DNA from: an uncultured Candidatus Saccharibacteria bacterium
Lineage (GTDB): Bacteria; Patescibacteriota; Dojkabacteria; J137
Length of the DNA: 64,000 nucleotides
Direction of reading: 5' to 3'
NCBI GenBank assembly: GCA_965230975.1
Contig: OZ246402.1
Location: 711,228-775,227 of the forward strand
Positions 39,336-47,718 of the stretch are shown here, piece after piece. The position numbers and the translations under genes are program-made. The notes beneath the pieces are model-generated. The model was not told the DNA's origin and made no database searches. It was given only the letters and a program-made list of their open reading frames with translations. Position 1 is the stretch's first letter, and the number at the start of each line of letters is the position of its first letter.

Positions 39336-39336
39336 T

Positions 39337-40350
39337 ATGTCTAACGAAAAGCAGGTAAACAAAGTCACATCACATTTAACTGAAGATGAAAAGCAACAGC
39401 TATATAAAAATGCACGGGCAAAAGATTGGTATGGTGGTATTTGGCAGAATGTTGGCAAATGTGTTTTTTGCGATCTAAAAGATAAATACATTCTTCACGA
39501 AGAAAACGGTGTTGTTTTGACAATAAACCTTTACCCTTACATTGATGGACAGATGATGGTTATCCCAAGAAAGCATGTTTCCTCGCCAAAAGAGTTAACA
39601 GATTTAGAATGGGAAACGATGCGTAAGTTATCTTACCTTGGTAAAAAGTTAATTAAAAAAGTTCATGGTCATAAAGCGATGTGGAACTTAATAAGAGAAG
39701 GGGGAGAAGCAGGTCAAATGACTGTAAGTGACCATTTGCATATGCAATTAATTCCTTTTGATGCAAAAGATTTATGTAACTGGAATTTCAGAGAATTGAA
39801 ATATACTCCCTTAGAGAATGTTCAAATGTATAAAGACCAAGCAAAGGAATTTATTGAAGATAAATATAAATTTGAAAAAAAATATGGTGCAAGTGTTAGT
39901 TTGCCAGTAGTTTGTGATGTAATAATCCAAAATAAAGAGGGTAAGTTCTTATTTCAAGAAAGAAAGCCAGAATATAAATTTCATCCAGATTATTTGACCT
40001 TACCAGGTGGTCATGTAAATGATTTTACTAAACCTTTTGAAGAAAACTTAAAGCGAGAAGTTTTTGAAGAGACTGGTTTGAAAATCAAAGAGACGGACTT
40101 AAAACTTCTCGCGTCCAGAGTGTCCAGTTTAAACTATGTCTCTAAGTCTATTCATTTGAATAAGAAAATTGCTACCTATAAACAATTTGTTTGGAACACA
40201 TACTTACTTAACTATTCTGTTGATGAGACTAAACTAATACCCGGTGATGATTGCGAAAGCTTTGTATGGTTGAGTTTAGATGATATTAGAAACAATAAAA
40301 GAGTTTCTGAAGCTTTACAGACAACATTTATTCAACATTTTTCAAAATGA
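39337..40350 (+). CDS. HIT domain plus NUDIX hydrolase fusion
   Basis: CVFC, NLYPYIDG, HLHMQLIP; Nudix box PGGHV...LKREVFEETGL. Confidence 0.88.
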   Translation: MSNEKQVNKVTSHLTEDEKQQLYKNARAKDWYGGIWQNVGKCVFCDLKDKYILHEENGVVLTINLYPYIDGQMMVIPRKHVSSPKELTDLEWETMRKLSYLGKKLIKKVHGHKAMWNLIREGGEAGQMTVSDHLHMQLIPFDAKDLCNWNFRELKYTPLENVQMYKDQAKEFIEDKYKFEKKYGASVSLPVVCDVIIQNKEGKFLFQERKPEYKFHPDYLTLPGGHVNDFTKPFEENLKREVFEETGLKIKETDLKLLASRVSSLNYVSKSIHLNKKIATYKQFVWNTYLLNYSVDETKLIPGDDCESFVWLSLDDIRNNKRVSEALQTTFIQHFSK

Positions 40351-41282
40351 AAAGTTACGATTGGAATAAAATTTCAAATGAGAAAAAGGAGGAATTATCA
40401 AAGTTAAAACCTATATTTATACAAGGTTCTAGAGATATATCTACCAAAAAGATAGCACAGCTAGCAAAGTTAGCTGAAAAGAGAAAATTAATTTGGGGTG
40501 TTTTAAAAGATGAATACATTAATGGTTTGGAAGGAAGTATTCAGTTTAAAACCCTATCTAAGAAAGTTATAGAAGAAACTTTAGAAGAGAGTAAAAATGT
40601 CTATTTACTAGAATATTATCAAAGAGATTTAAAACACATTTTTAAAGAGTTAGATTTTTCCTTAGTTATATTGATTAATGGATCTTGGCATAAAGCAATT
40701 CATTTCAACCCAGAAATTTGGCAATTAATTAACAAGAAAACAGAATATAAATTAATAAGCCCATTTGTAAACGAATTAGAAGCAAAAGAGTATGCAGAAA
40801 AGATAGTCCTAGAGTATTCAGCTAGAACGATTTTTGAAGAAAATAAAATCTACACAGATAAAGAGATTTTTGAAATTTTGAAAGAGGAGTCTAAAAGATC
40901 ATTTGATTGGAACTATCAAATTGCCAGTGCACTTGTTAACGATGGAAAAGTATTACTAACTGCTCATAATACAGTGATACCATACGAGACATACAGTGCA
41001 CATTTTGGATCAGAACGTGAGAAATACTATGTAGCACCAGGCGATTCAAATTTTTACGATACAAATCACGCAGAGGTCGAATTAATCTTAAAATCAAACA
41101 AAGAAAAAATTGATTTATTAGGTACATCAATTTACTTGAATGTTTTACCATGCCCAACTTGTTCTCGTATGCTTTTAAGGAGTGGTATACAAGAGATAGT
41201 ATATTCTCAAGATCATTCTGATGGTTATGCTATAAAAATGTTTGAAATGGCAGGTAAAACTGTCCGCAGATTTATTCCTTAA
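40347..41282 (+). CDS. Zn-dependent cytidine/dCMP-deaminase domain fused to an uncharacterised N-terminal domain
   Basis: HAE...PCPTC in the C-terminal part; about 160 aa N-terminal alpha/beta region. Confidence 0.85.
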   Translation: MKSYDWNKISNEKKEELSKLKPIFIQGSRDISTKKIAQLAKLAEKRKLIWGVLKDEYINGLEGSIQFKTLSKKVIEETLEESKNVYLLEYYQRDLKHIFKELDFSLVILINGSWHKAIHFNPEIWQLINKKTEYKLISPFVNELEAKEYAEKIVLEYSARTIFEENKIYTDKEIFEILKEESKRSFDWNYQIASALVNDGKVLLTAHNTVIPYETYSAHFGSEREKYYVAPGDSNFYDTNHAEVELILKSNKEKIDLLGTSIYLNVLPCPTCSRMLLRSGIQEIVYSQDHSDGYAIKMFEMAGKTVRRFIP

Positions 41283-41322
41283 ACTATAAAAATTTTAGAA
41301 CTTTAACTATTAACTACAAAAT

Positions 41323-42186
41323 ATGACACATCCAGAACTTCAATATTTAAAGTTAATGTATTCTATCTTAAAGGATGGAAAGGGTAAGAAAACAAGAGGT
41401 ATTCATGGTGTTAGATCTATGTTTGGGTATCAAATGAAGTTTGATTTAAGACATGGATTCCCCTTACTAACAACCAAAAAGATGCCTTTTAAAATGCTAG
41501 TGAATGAGTTGCTTTGGTTTATTTCTGGAGATACTAATATTAAAAAATTAAATGAAAACAAGATATTTTATTGGGACGGTTTTGCAGATGAAAATGGTGA
41601 TTTAGGTCCAGTTTATGGTTCTCAATGGAGAAAGTGGCCAACTTTTGTAGATTCTAGAACAGGTAAAAGTGCAAATGCGCAAACGCCTAAAGAATTTTTA
41701 CAATACAAAGAGATAGATCAACTTCAAAATATTATTGAAGAGATTAAAACAATGCCTAATTCTAAAGCTATGATAGTCACAGCACACAATCCAGCTCAGT
41801 TATCAGAAATGCGTTTGCCACCATGCCATGCTTTCTTTCAATTTAATGTTACAAAAGAGAAGTTAAAGTTGCAGTTGTATCAAAGAAGTTCAGATGTATT
41901 TTTAGGTTTACCATTTAATATTGCTCAGTATGCTTTATTGTTGATGATGGTTGGGCAGGTTACTGGTTACGAGGCCAGAGAGCTTGTTGTGACTATTGGA
42001 GATGGTCATATTTATTATAACCATTTTGATGCAGCAAAAGAGCAGTTAAAAAGAAAGCCATTTGCTTTCCCTAAGGTCAAATTAAATCCAGATGTTAAAA
42101 ATATTGATGATTTTAAGCTAGAAGACTTTACTTTAGAGAATTATGAGTCTCACGAGGCTATTAAAGCTCCGTTAGTTATTATTTAA
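41323..42186 (+). CDS. thyA: Thymidylate synthase
   Basis: FPLLTTKK, LGPVYG, LPPCH, YQRSSDVFLGLPFNIAQY. Confidence 0.98.
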   Translation: MTHPELQYLKLMYSILKDGKGKKTRGIHGVRSMFGYQMKFDLRHGFPLLTTKKMPFKMLVNELLWFISGDTNIKKLNENKIFYWDGFADENGDLGPVYGSQWRKWPTFVDSRTGKSANAQTPKEFLQYKEIDQLQNIIEEIKTMPNSKAMIVTAHNPAQLSEMRLPPCHAFFQFNVTKEKLKLQLYQRSSDVFLGLPFNIAQYALLLMMVGQVTGYEARELVVTIGDGHIYYNHFDAAKEQLKRKPFAFPKVKLNPDVKNIDDFKLEDFTLENYESHEAIKAPLVII

Positions 42187-43303
42187 CTAAGGATTTATAA
42201 ACTTCTAAATGTTCTTTGCACATTCTCTCAATTGAGAATCTTTGCTCAAATACTTTCCTACAGCTTTCTCTATTTATTGAGACTATGTTTTTTATCGCTT
42301 TAACTAAAGTATCAACAGCATCTATATCATTTTCAACTAATAATCCAGTTTTACCTTCATCTATTACCTCAGGAATTGCACCAGCTTTAATTCCAATAAC
42401 TGGAGTACCACAAGCTAAAGCTTCAATCATAACCATTCCAAAAGGTTCCTCCCATGTTGAAGGCACAATAAGTGCTTTGGCATTACCTAAAAATTCTTGC
42501 TTTTCAGAATTCTCTTTAAGGTAACCGACATACTTAATTTGCTTACCGTCAACGAATGGTTCAATCTTTTCAGACCAATACTTATCTTTAGCATAATCAG
42601 AATAATGTTTACCAGCAATTCTAAGTTCAACTCCAGCTTTTATTGCTGCATCTATAGCTAAATGAACACCCTTGGGTTCTATAATTCTGCCAAAATATGC
42701 AAAATAATCTTTTGAAGGGTTTTTTAAAGGGACAAATTTATTAACATCCATTCCATGGTAAATAGTCCGTAGGAAATTTGTCCCGGTTGGCATGCTTTTT
42801 CTTTGAGAACTTGAAATTGAAATCCAGTTTAAGTGCTTATATTTAGGCATAATGCTCCTGTATTTTGCGGAGAAATTGAAAGGTTCGTGGTGTGTAAAAA
42901 CTAGAGGTTTTTTGCAAAAATCAGCAAAAACCAAAGCTAACTCTTCCTCGTTAGTATAAACATGAACAATGTCAAATTCATTATTATTTGCTCTTTGAAA
43001 AGCGTCTTTAATAATCTCTGATTGAACTTGTCTTGCCATATTAATAAATACTAGTGGGTGTTTTTTTAAGAGTTCTATGTAAGAATCTTTTCTGAATTCA
43101 AGTTCTTTTTCAAACAAAGATAAATCTGCACTAATATTTTTTACCGAAGTATTTACCTTTCCTGGCGTAAAAAGAGTAACAACATGACCAAGTTTTTGAA
43201 GTCCCTCAGCTAAATCTAATGCTAAATATCCCGGGGAGAAAATAACATCAGGTAGTATCTCCTGATTCATGAATATATGAGGAACAACAATTGCTATTTT
43301 CAT
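42179..43303 (-). CDS. Glycosyltransferase family 4
   Basis: GRIIEPKG, WEEPFGMVMIEALACGTPVI. Confidence 0.93.
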   Translation of the reverse strand: MKIAIVVPHIFMNQEILPDVIFSPGYLALDLAEGLQKLGHVVTLFTPGKVNTSVKNISADLSLFEKELEFRKDSYIELLKKHPLVFINMARQVQSEIIKDAFQRANNNEFDIVHVYTNEEELALVFADFCKKPLVFTHHEPFNFSAKYRSIMPKYKHLNWISISSSQRKSMPTGTNFLRTIYHGMDVNKFVPLKNPSKDYFAYFGRIIEPKGVHLAIDAAIKAGVELRIAGKHYSDYAKDKYWSEKIEPFVDGKQIKYVGYLKENSEKQEFLGNAKALIVPSTWEEPFGMVMIEALACGTPVIGIKAGAIPEVIDEGKTGLLVENDIDAVDTLVKAIKNIVSINRESCRKVFEQRFSIERMCKEHLEVYKSLVK

Positions 43304-43332
43304 TAGTAAATTGAGAGTTTTAACAAAGAGAA

Positions 43333-43521
43333 TTACTCCTCTTTATCTTCTTCGTCATCCAAAAAGCTTAAGTCTAAATCATCCATGCTTGTATCTAAAT
43401 CTTCGTCAAAATATCCATCTGCTTCATTTTCAGACTCATCCTGTTTATCAAGATTAAGCATTGGATCATCTAATAATTCATCATCTTTCTTTACTGGGTT
43501 TGTGTTTGCTGTATTGCTCAT
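43333..43521 (-). CDS. Small highly acidic protein
   Basis: 62 aa, very rich in D/E; co-oriented directly upstream of the GT4 gene. Confidence 0.6.
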   Translation of the reverse strand: MSNTANTNPVKKDDELLDDPMLNLDKQDESENEADGYFDEDLDTSMDDLDLSFLDDEEDKEE

Positions 43522-43578
43522 AAATAGAAAAATAATTAGTGTATAATAATTTGATTTCTAAATATTACCACTAAAAAT

Positions 43579-44115
43579 ATGATTAGCATAATTGTTGCCA
43601 TGGCAAAAAATAGAGTTATTGGGAATAAAAATCAGATCCCTTGGCACATTTCAGAAGATTTAACTCACTTTAATAATGTAACTAGTGGTCACCCTGTAAT
43701 TATGGGTGTTAAGACTCACGAATCAATTTCTGGTTTTGAACCTGGCAAAGGTTGGGACCCTACAAAGCCATTAGTGCATAAATTGCTTCCAAGAAGAACT
43801 AATATTATTGTTAACGATCAAGGTAATTATGAGGTACCTGGTGGAATTGTTGTAACAAATTTAGATGATGCTATTAAGGCTGCTAAAGAATCTGAGGGTG
43901 GTGATGAGATGTTTATTATTGGTGGTGCAATGATGTACGAATCTACAATTGGAATGGCAGATAAGCTTTATATTACAATGATTGATGCAGAGGTTGAAGG
44001 TGATAGATACTTTCCAGAAATCCCAGCAGAATTTAAATTGGTAGAAGATAAGAAAAGAATATGTAGGTTAAATGATGTTGAGATTAGATATAGTTTTCAA
44101 GTTTATCAAAAATAA
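43579..44115 (+). CDS. folA: Dihydrofolate reductase
   Basis: IVAMAKNRVIG..IPWHISEDL, IIGGAM, EGDRYFP. Confidence 0.96.
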   Translation: MISIIVAMAKNRVIGNKNQIPWHISEDLTHFNNVTSGHPVIMGVKTHESISGFEPGKGWDPTKPLVHKLLPRRTNIIVNDQGNYEVPGGIVVTNLDDAIKAAKESEGGDEMFIIGGAMMYESTIGMADKLYITMIDAEVEGDRYFPEIPAEFKLVEDKKRICRLNDVEIRYSFQVYQK

Positions 44116-44562
44116 ATGCTGTCTGAACAATCTTTAAAACAATTAATTGCAGATAAGCAACTATTGATAGAAGGATCTAGTGACATTTTAAAAGGAAATG
44201 CAATAAAACTTCATTTAGGAGCTATATGCAAAAGATTAACTTCTGAAATAGTCGATATAAAATCTTTAGAGGATGCTGAGTACGAAGAGGTAGATATATC
44301 TTCGGGATACGATTTGAAACCGAATGAATTTCTATTAGCTTACACATTGGAGAAAGTAACAATGCCAAAAGGTTATATGGGTTGGATTGAAACTCGTGGT
44401 AGCTTAGCAAATATTGGCTTTCAAGTTCATTTTTGTGATGCTCATATAGACCCTGAATCCTCTTTGCATATTGCTTTGCAAATAAAAAACAACTCAAATT
44501 CAATAATAAGAATTTCCCTGAAGGAATACATTGCAAAGATGTATGTAGAAAGATTAGTGTAA
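44116..44562 (+). CDS. dCTP deaminase/dUTPase-fold protein with substituted catalytic residues
   Basis: LKPNEFLLAYTLEKVTMP..ETRGSLANIG..HIDP matches the Dcd fold. Confidence 0.75.
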   Translation: MLSEQSLKQLIADKQLLIEGSSDILKGNAIKLHLGAICKRLTSEIVDIKSLEDAEYEEVDISSGYDLKPNEFLLAYTLEKVTMPKGYMGWIETRGSLANIGFQVHFCDAHIDPESSLHIALQIKNNSNSIIRISLKEYIAKMYVERLV

Positions 44563-44628
44563 CCTCAAATCTTACAGTTTCAAAAAAAGTTATTGACCAT
44601 TGTAGCTTTAATGAGGTATAAATATAGT

Positions 44629-44691
44629 AATGTTAGTGGGTGAAAGTCCCTTCTCCAGTATAGAATAAAATCGAAACCGGGAACTAACATT
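44629..44691 (+). ncRNA. Unknown small structured RNA
   Basis: 9-bp closing stem AATGTTAGT/ACTAACATT, GGG-TGAAAGT-CCC hairpin, TTGACC-N18-TATAAA upstream, terminator downstream. Confidence 0.55.
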
Positions 44692-44693
44692 TT

Positions 44694-44714
44694 AAAGCAC
44701 CTATTCGGTGCTTT
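44694..44714. terminator. Intrinsic terminator (bidirectional)
   Basis: AAAGCACC-TATTC-GGTGCTTT. Confidence 0.75.
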
Positions 44715-45096
44715 ATTTATCCTTTAACATAACACTTAAGAAAGTATATTTATAGTTTTCAATTCGTTCAATAACTATCCTTATAGTATGCTTGTTATCT
44801 ATTATATATATTAAAGAGTAGTGCTTAACTTTGTGTGAGTGTTTAGATAATTTATACTCTATTATTCTAATTTGCTCAATCTCTTTGCTGTCATTTATTG
44901 CCTTTACTACATATTTTAGAAGTGAGAGTTTTAATATCTGTTCATTAATGCTCCTATCCTTTCTATTAGAATCATAAATCAAATGATTAAACCCTTTAGA
45001 AGTAAAATAAACCCATCTCTTTAAAGCAGGAGAATAAACTCTTCCTATTTTTTTATAAAATTTACGGTATTCTTTTCTCTCGTAATACAAATTCAT
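44713..45096 (-). CDS. Basic hypothetical protein, possible BECR-fold (RelE/colicin-like) ribonuclease
   Basis: SPAL..VYFTSKGFNHL..R and C-terminal beta strands IRIVIE..FLSVM; family assigned by resemblance only. Confidence 0.55.
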   Translation of the reverse strand: MNLYYERKEYRKFYKKIGRVYSPALKRWVYFTSKGFNHLIYDSNRKDRSINEQILKLSLLKYVVKAINDSKEIEQIRIIEYKLSKHSHKVKHYSLIYIIDNKHTIRIVIERIENYKYTFLSVMLKDK

Positions 45097-45162
45097 GAAG
45101 ACATTTTCTCACTCTAATCTTACAAAAACCTTACAACTACAATTTTGTGATATATTAGATGT

Positions 45163-46380
45163 ATGGATATAGAATCTGATGTAATAACTCAAACCAGCTC
45201 TAAAAAACTCAACCCGTACTCCTTACCATATCTAAGAGAGTACCTTTCTAACCTGAAAAATAATAACTATTCCCGAGAGACACTAGAAAACTACGCACGA
45301 GATTTAGAAATATTTAGCGCATTTTTGTATTATTTAGAGGTCCCATTTGAAAAGATAGAAAAGCTAACTATCAGTGAATTTAAAGGTTTTTTAAGAGAAC
45401 AAAACTATATACCAATACTGCATAAATACCAAGCAGGATATGAACTTACAGAAGCAGATGTAGCTAAAAGCAAAACAGATGTATCTGAAGTAAAAAAAGC
45501 TATGTATAGAGGACAACTATCGGATGCAAGTGTAAATAGAATGCTTTCTGCATTACGTTCTTACCTAACATTTTTAGTAGATAATGATAAACCAATTCCA
45601 ATACCTCCAACTGCTATTAAAATGATCAAGGCAGAAAAGAAAGAAAAGCAGGTTGCAGAACTAAATGAACTTATTCAACTTATTGAATGCCCATTAGAAT
45701 ACGAAGATGAAATTATTGTTCAAAAAAGAAATAGAGCGATTTTAGAACTTATATTTTCAACAGGAATGAGAATTTCTGAAGTAGTAAATCTTAATCGCGA
45801 CCAAATTAAAATGATTAATGGCAGAATATCTGACGATAGAATTTATATAGTAGGTAAAGGAAAAAAACAAAGGTTTGTTTATTTAACACCTAGGGCAATA
45901 GAAAGACTTCAAGAATATTTAGATGATAGAGTCGATGATTACCCAGCTATGTTTATCCCAACTAGAGGAACTAGAAAAGCAACTGAAAACCCTTATATTG
46001 TAAGACTTTCTCAAAACTATATTCAAATGAAAATCGCCTACTACCGAAGAAAACTGGGGATAATTGTCCCAACATCTGCACATAGTTTGCGTCACGGGTT
46101 TGCAACATATATTGCAGAAGAAGGTGCAAACCCTGCAGCAATTCAAAAATTATTGGGGCACTCTTCATTGCAAACTACATCTAAATACGTACATGCGTCT
46201 GATAAATTTGCAGAAAAGGCTCATAGAGATTTTCACCCACTGCAAACAGATGAAGATGACCAAAAAATCCAAGATGATAAAGTTAACAATGTAGAACCTG
46301 AAGCCGAAAATCAACATGAGTCTAAAAATCAAACTGACTTTGAGCCTTCAATTGAAAGTTTAGATACTTTTGCAAGCTAA
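45163..46380 (+). CDS. XerC/D-like tyrosine recombinase
   Basis: TGMRISE, GKGKKQR, HSLRH, LLGH and TTSKYVH catalytic set intact. Confidence 0.95.
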   Translation: MDIESDVITQTSSKKLNPYSLPYLREYLSNLKNNNYSRETLENYARDLEIFSAFLYYLEVPFEKIEKLTISEFKGFLREQNYIPILHKYQAGYELTEADVAKSKTDVSEVKKAMYRGQLSDASVNRMLSALRSYLTFLVDNDKPIPIPPTAIKMIKAEKKEKQVAELNELIQLIECPLEYEDEIIVQKRNRAILELIFSTGMRISEVVNLNRDQIKMINGRISDDRIYIVGKGKKQRFVYLTPRAIERLQEYLDDRVDDYPAMFIPTRGTRKATENPYIVRLSQNYIQMKIAYYRRKLGIIVPTSAHSLRHGFATYIAEEGANPAAIQKLLGHSSLQTTSKYVHASDKFAEKAHRDFHPLQTDEDDQKIQDDKVNNVEPEAENQHESKNQTDFEPSIESLDTFAS

Positions 46381-46480
46381 GATTAAGTGTTGCAATACAT
46401 AATAAGTGAAATCTAAGTGAAATTTTTGACAGAATAAAATTACCGGATTTACAATAAACTGTATTTATTAAAATTAACAT

Positions 46481-47647
46481 ATGAGAAATCTTATATTTGC
46501 TATTGGTGGTGTATTTATAATAATTTTCTCTTGTTTTGCCGGTATTTTTGGTGGGGTAATAGGGGCTAGATTTTCCGGTGTATCATCTTTGGGAGATTTT
46601 GCAAATACAATAACTCAAGAAGTTAAAGTAACCGATGAGCAATCTGCAATTATAGATGTTGCTAATAAGTCTACTCCATCTGTAGTAAGTATTGTTGTTT
46701 CAAAGGATGTGTCTAAATACTACAATAACAGGTATTTTAATGATTTCTGGCTAGACCAAGAATCTAATAATTCGCAATTGCAAGAAGTAGGAGCTGGTTC
46801 TGGTTTTGTTATAGATTCAAACGGATTGATAATAACTAATAGGCACGTTGTTTCAGATGAAGATGCCTCATATACAGTAGTTTTTAACGACGGGAAACAG
46901 GTTGAGGCAAAGGTTTTAGCAAGAGACACAATACTTGATATAGCATTTTTAAAAGTAGAAGGGGTTGAAAATTTAACTGCATTATCTTTAGGCAGTTCTT
47001 CAGAGCTAAAGGTCGGGCAAACTGTAATTGCAATTGGAAATGCGTTGGGTGAATTTAGTAATACAGTAAGTAGCGGAATTATATCTGGCTTAAGTAGAGA
47101 TATTGTTGCATCTGATTCGCAAGGTGCAAACGAAGAATCAATTGAAAATGTTATTCAAACAGATGCGAGTATTAATCCTGGAAACTCCGGTGGACCTTTA
47201 CTTGACATTAATGGGAATGTAATTGGGGTTAATGTTGCTGTTGCAAGTGCAGAAAATATAGGTTTTGCAATTCCAATAGATATTGTTAAAGACCTTATTT
47301 CTAAACTTAATGCTAAAGGAGAAATTGAGAGACCTGCTTTAGGGGTAAGATATGTTTTAGTAGATGAATCTGTACAAAAAGAAAAGTCACTAAGTGTAGA
47401 TTATGGTGCGTTAATAGTTAAGGGCAATTTATCAACAGAAACTGCAATCGTACCTAATAGCCCAGCAGACAAAGCTGGTTTAAAAGAGGGAGATGTGATT
47501 TTAGAAGTTAATAATCAAAAAATTGATTCTGAAAATACACTAGTTAGTATTATTCAAAAATATAAAGTTGGAGATACTGTAAATGTTAAAGTTTTAAGTG
47601 GTGAAACCGAAAAGACTCTAACCATTAAATTAGAAAAGAGTATCTAA
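46481..47647 (+). CDS. htrA: HtrA/DegP-like serine protease with PDZ domain
   Basis: TNRHVV, DIAFLK, INPGNSGGPL, C-terminal PDZ. Confidence 0.95.
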   Translation: MRNLIFAIGGVFIIIFSCFAGIFGGVIGARFSGVSSLGDFANTITQEVKVTDEQSAIIDVANKSTPSVVSIVVSKDVSKYYNNRYFNDFWLDQESNNSQLQEVGAGSGFVIDSNGLIITNRHVVSDEDASYTVVFNDGKQVEAKVLARDTILDIAFLKVEGVENLTALSLGSSSELKVGQTVIAIGNALGEFSNTVSSGIISGLSRDIVASDSQGANEESIENVIQTDASINPGNSGGPLLDINGNVIGVNVAVASAENIGFAIPIDIVKDLISKLNAKGEIERPALGVRYVLVDESVQKEKSLSVDYGALIVKGNLSTETAIVPNSPADKAGLKEGDVILEVNNQKIDSENTLVSIIQKYKVGDTVNVKVLSGETEKTLTIKLEKSI

Positions 47648-47681
47648 TATAAATACCCTAAAAACTTGCATTTTATGAGAT

Positions 47682-47709
47682 AATTACCCCGTATTTTAGC
47701 GGGGTAATT
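47682..47709. terminator. GC-rich hairpin after htrA
   Basis: AATTACCCCG-N8-CGGGGTAATT. Confidence 0.65.
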
Positions 47710-47718
47710 TAAAACTAT

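Noticed and set aside
41323-43303. T4-like hydroxymethylcytosine glucosylation pair (TS homolog plus GT)
   Set aside because: ThyA has canonical dUMP-specific motifs and the GT4 looks like an ordinary family member; kept only as part of the broader cluster finding
44629-44691. FMN/cobalamin riboswitch or RNase P RNA
   Set aside because: Only a T-loop-like hairpin matches; the element is too short and has no downstream gene on that strand
45163-46380. Prophage or integrative element around the recombinase
   Set aside because: No phage, conjugation or att features seen; flanked by housekeeping genes, so likely a chromosomal Xer
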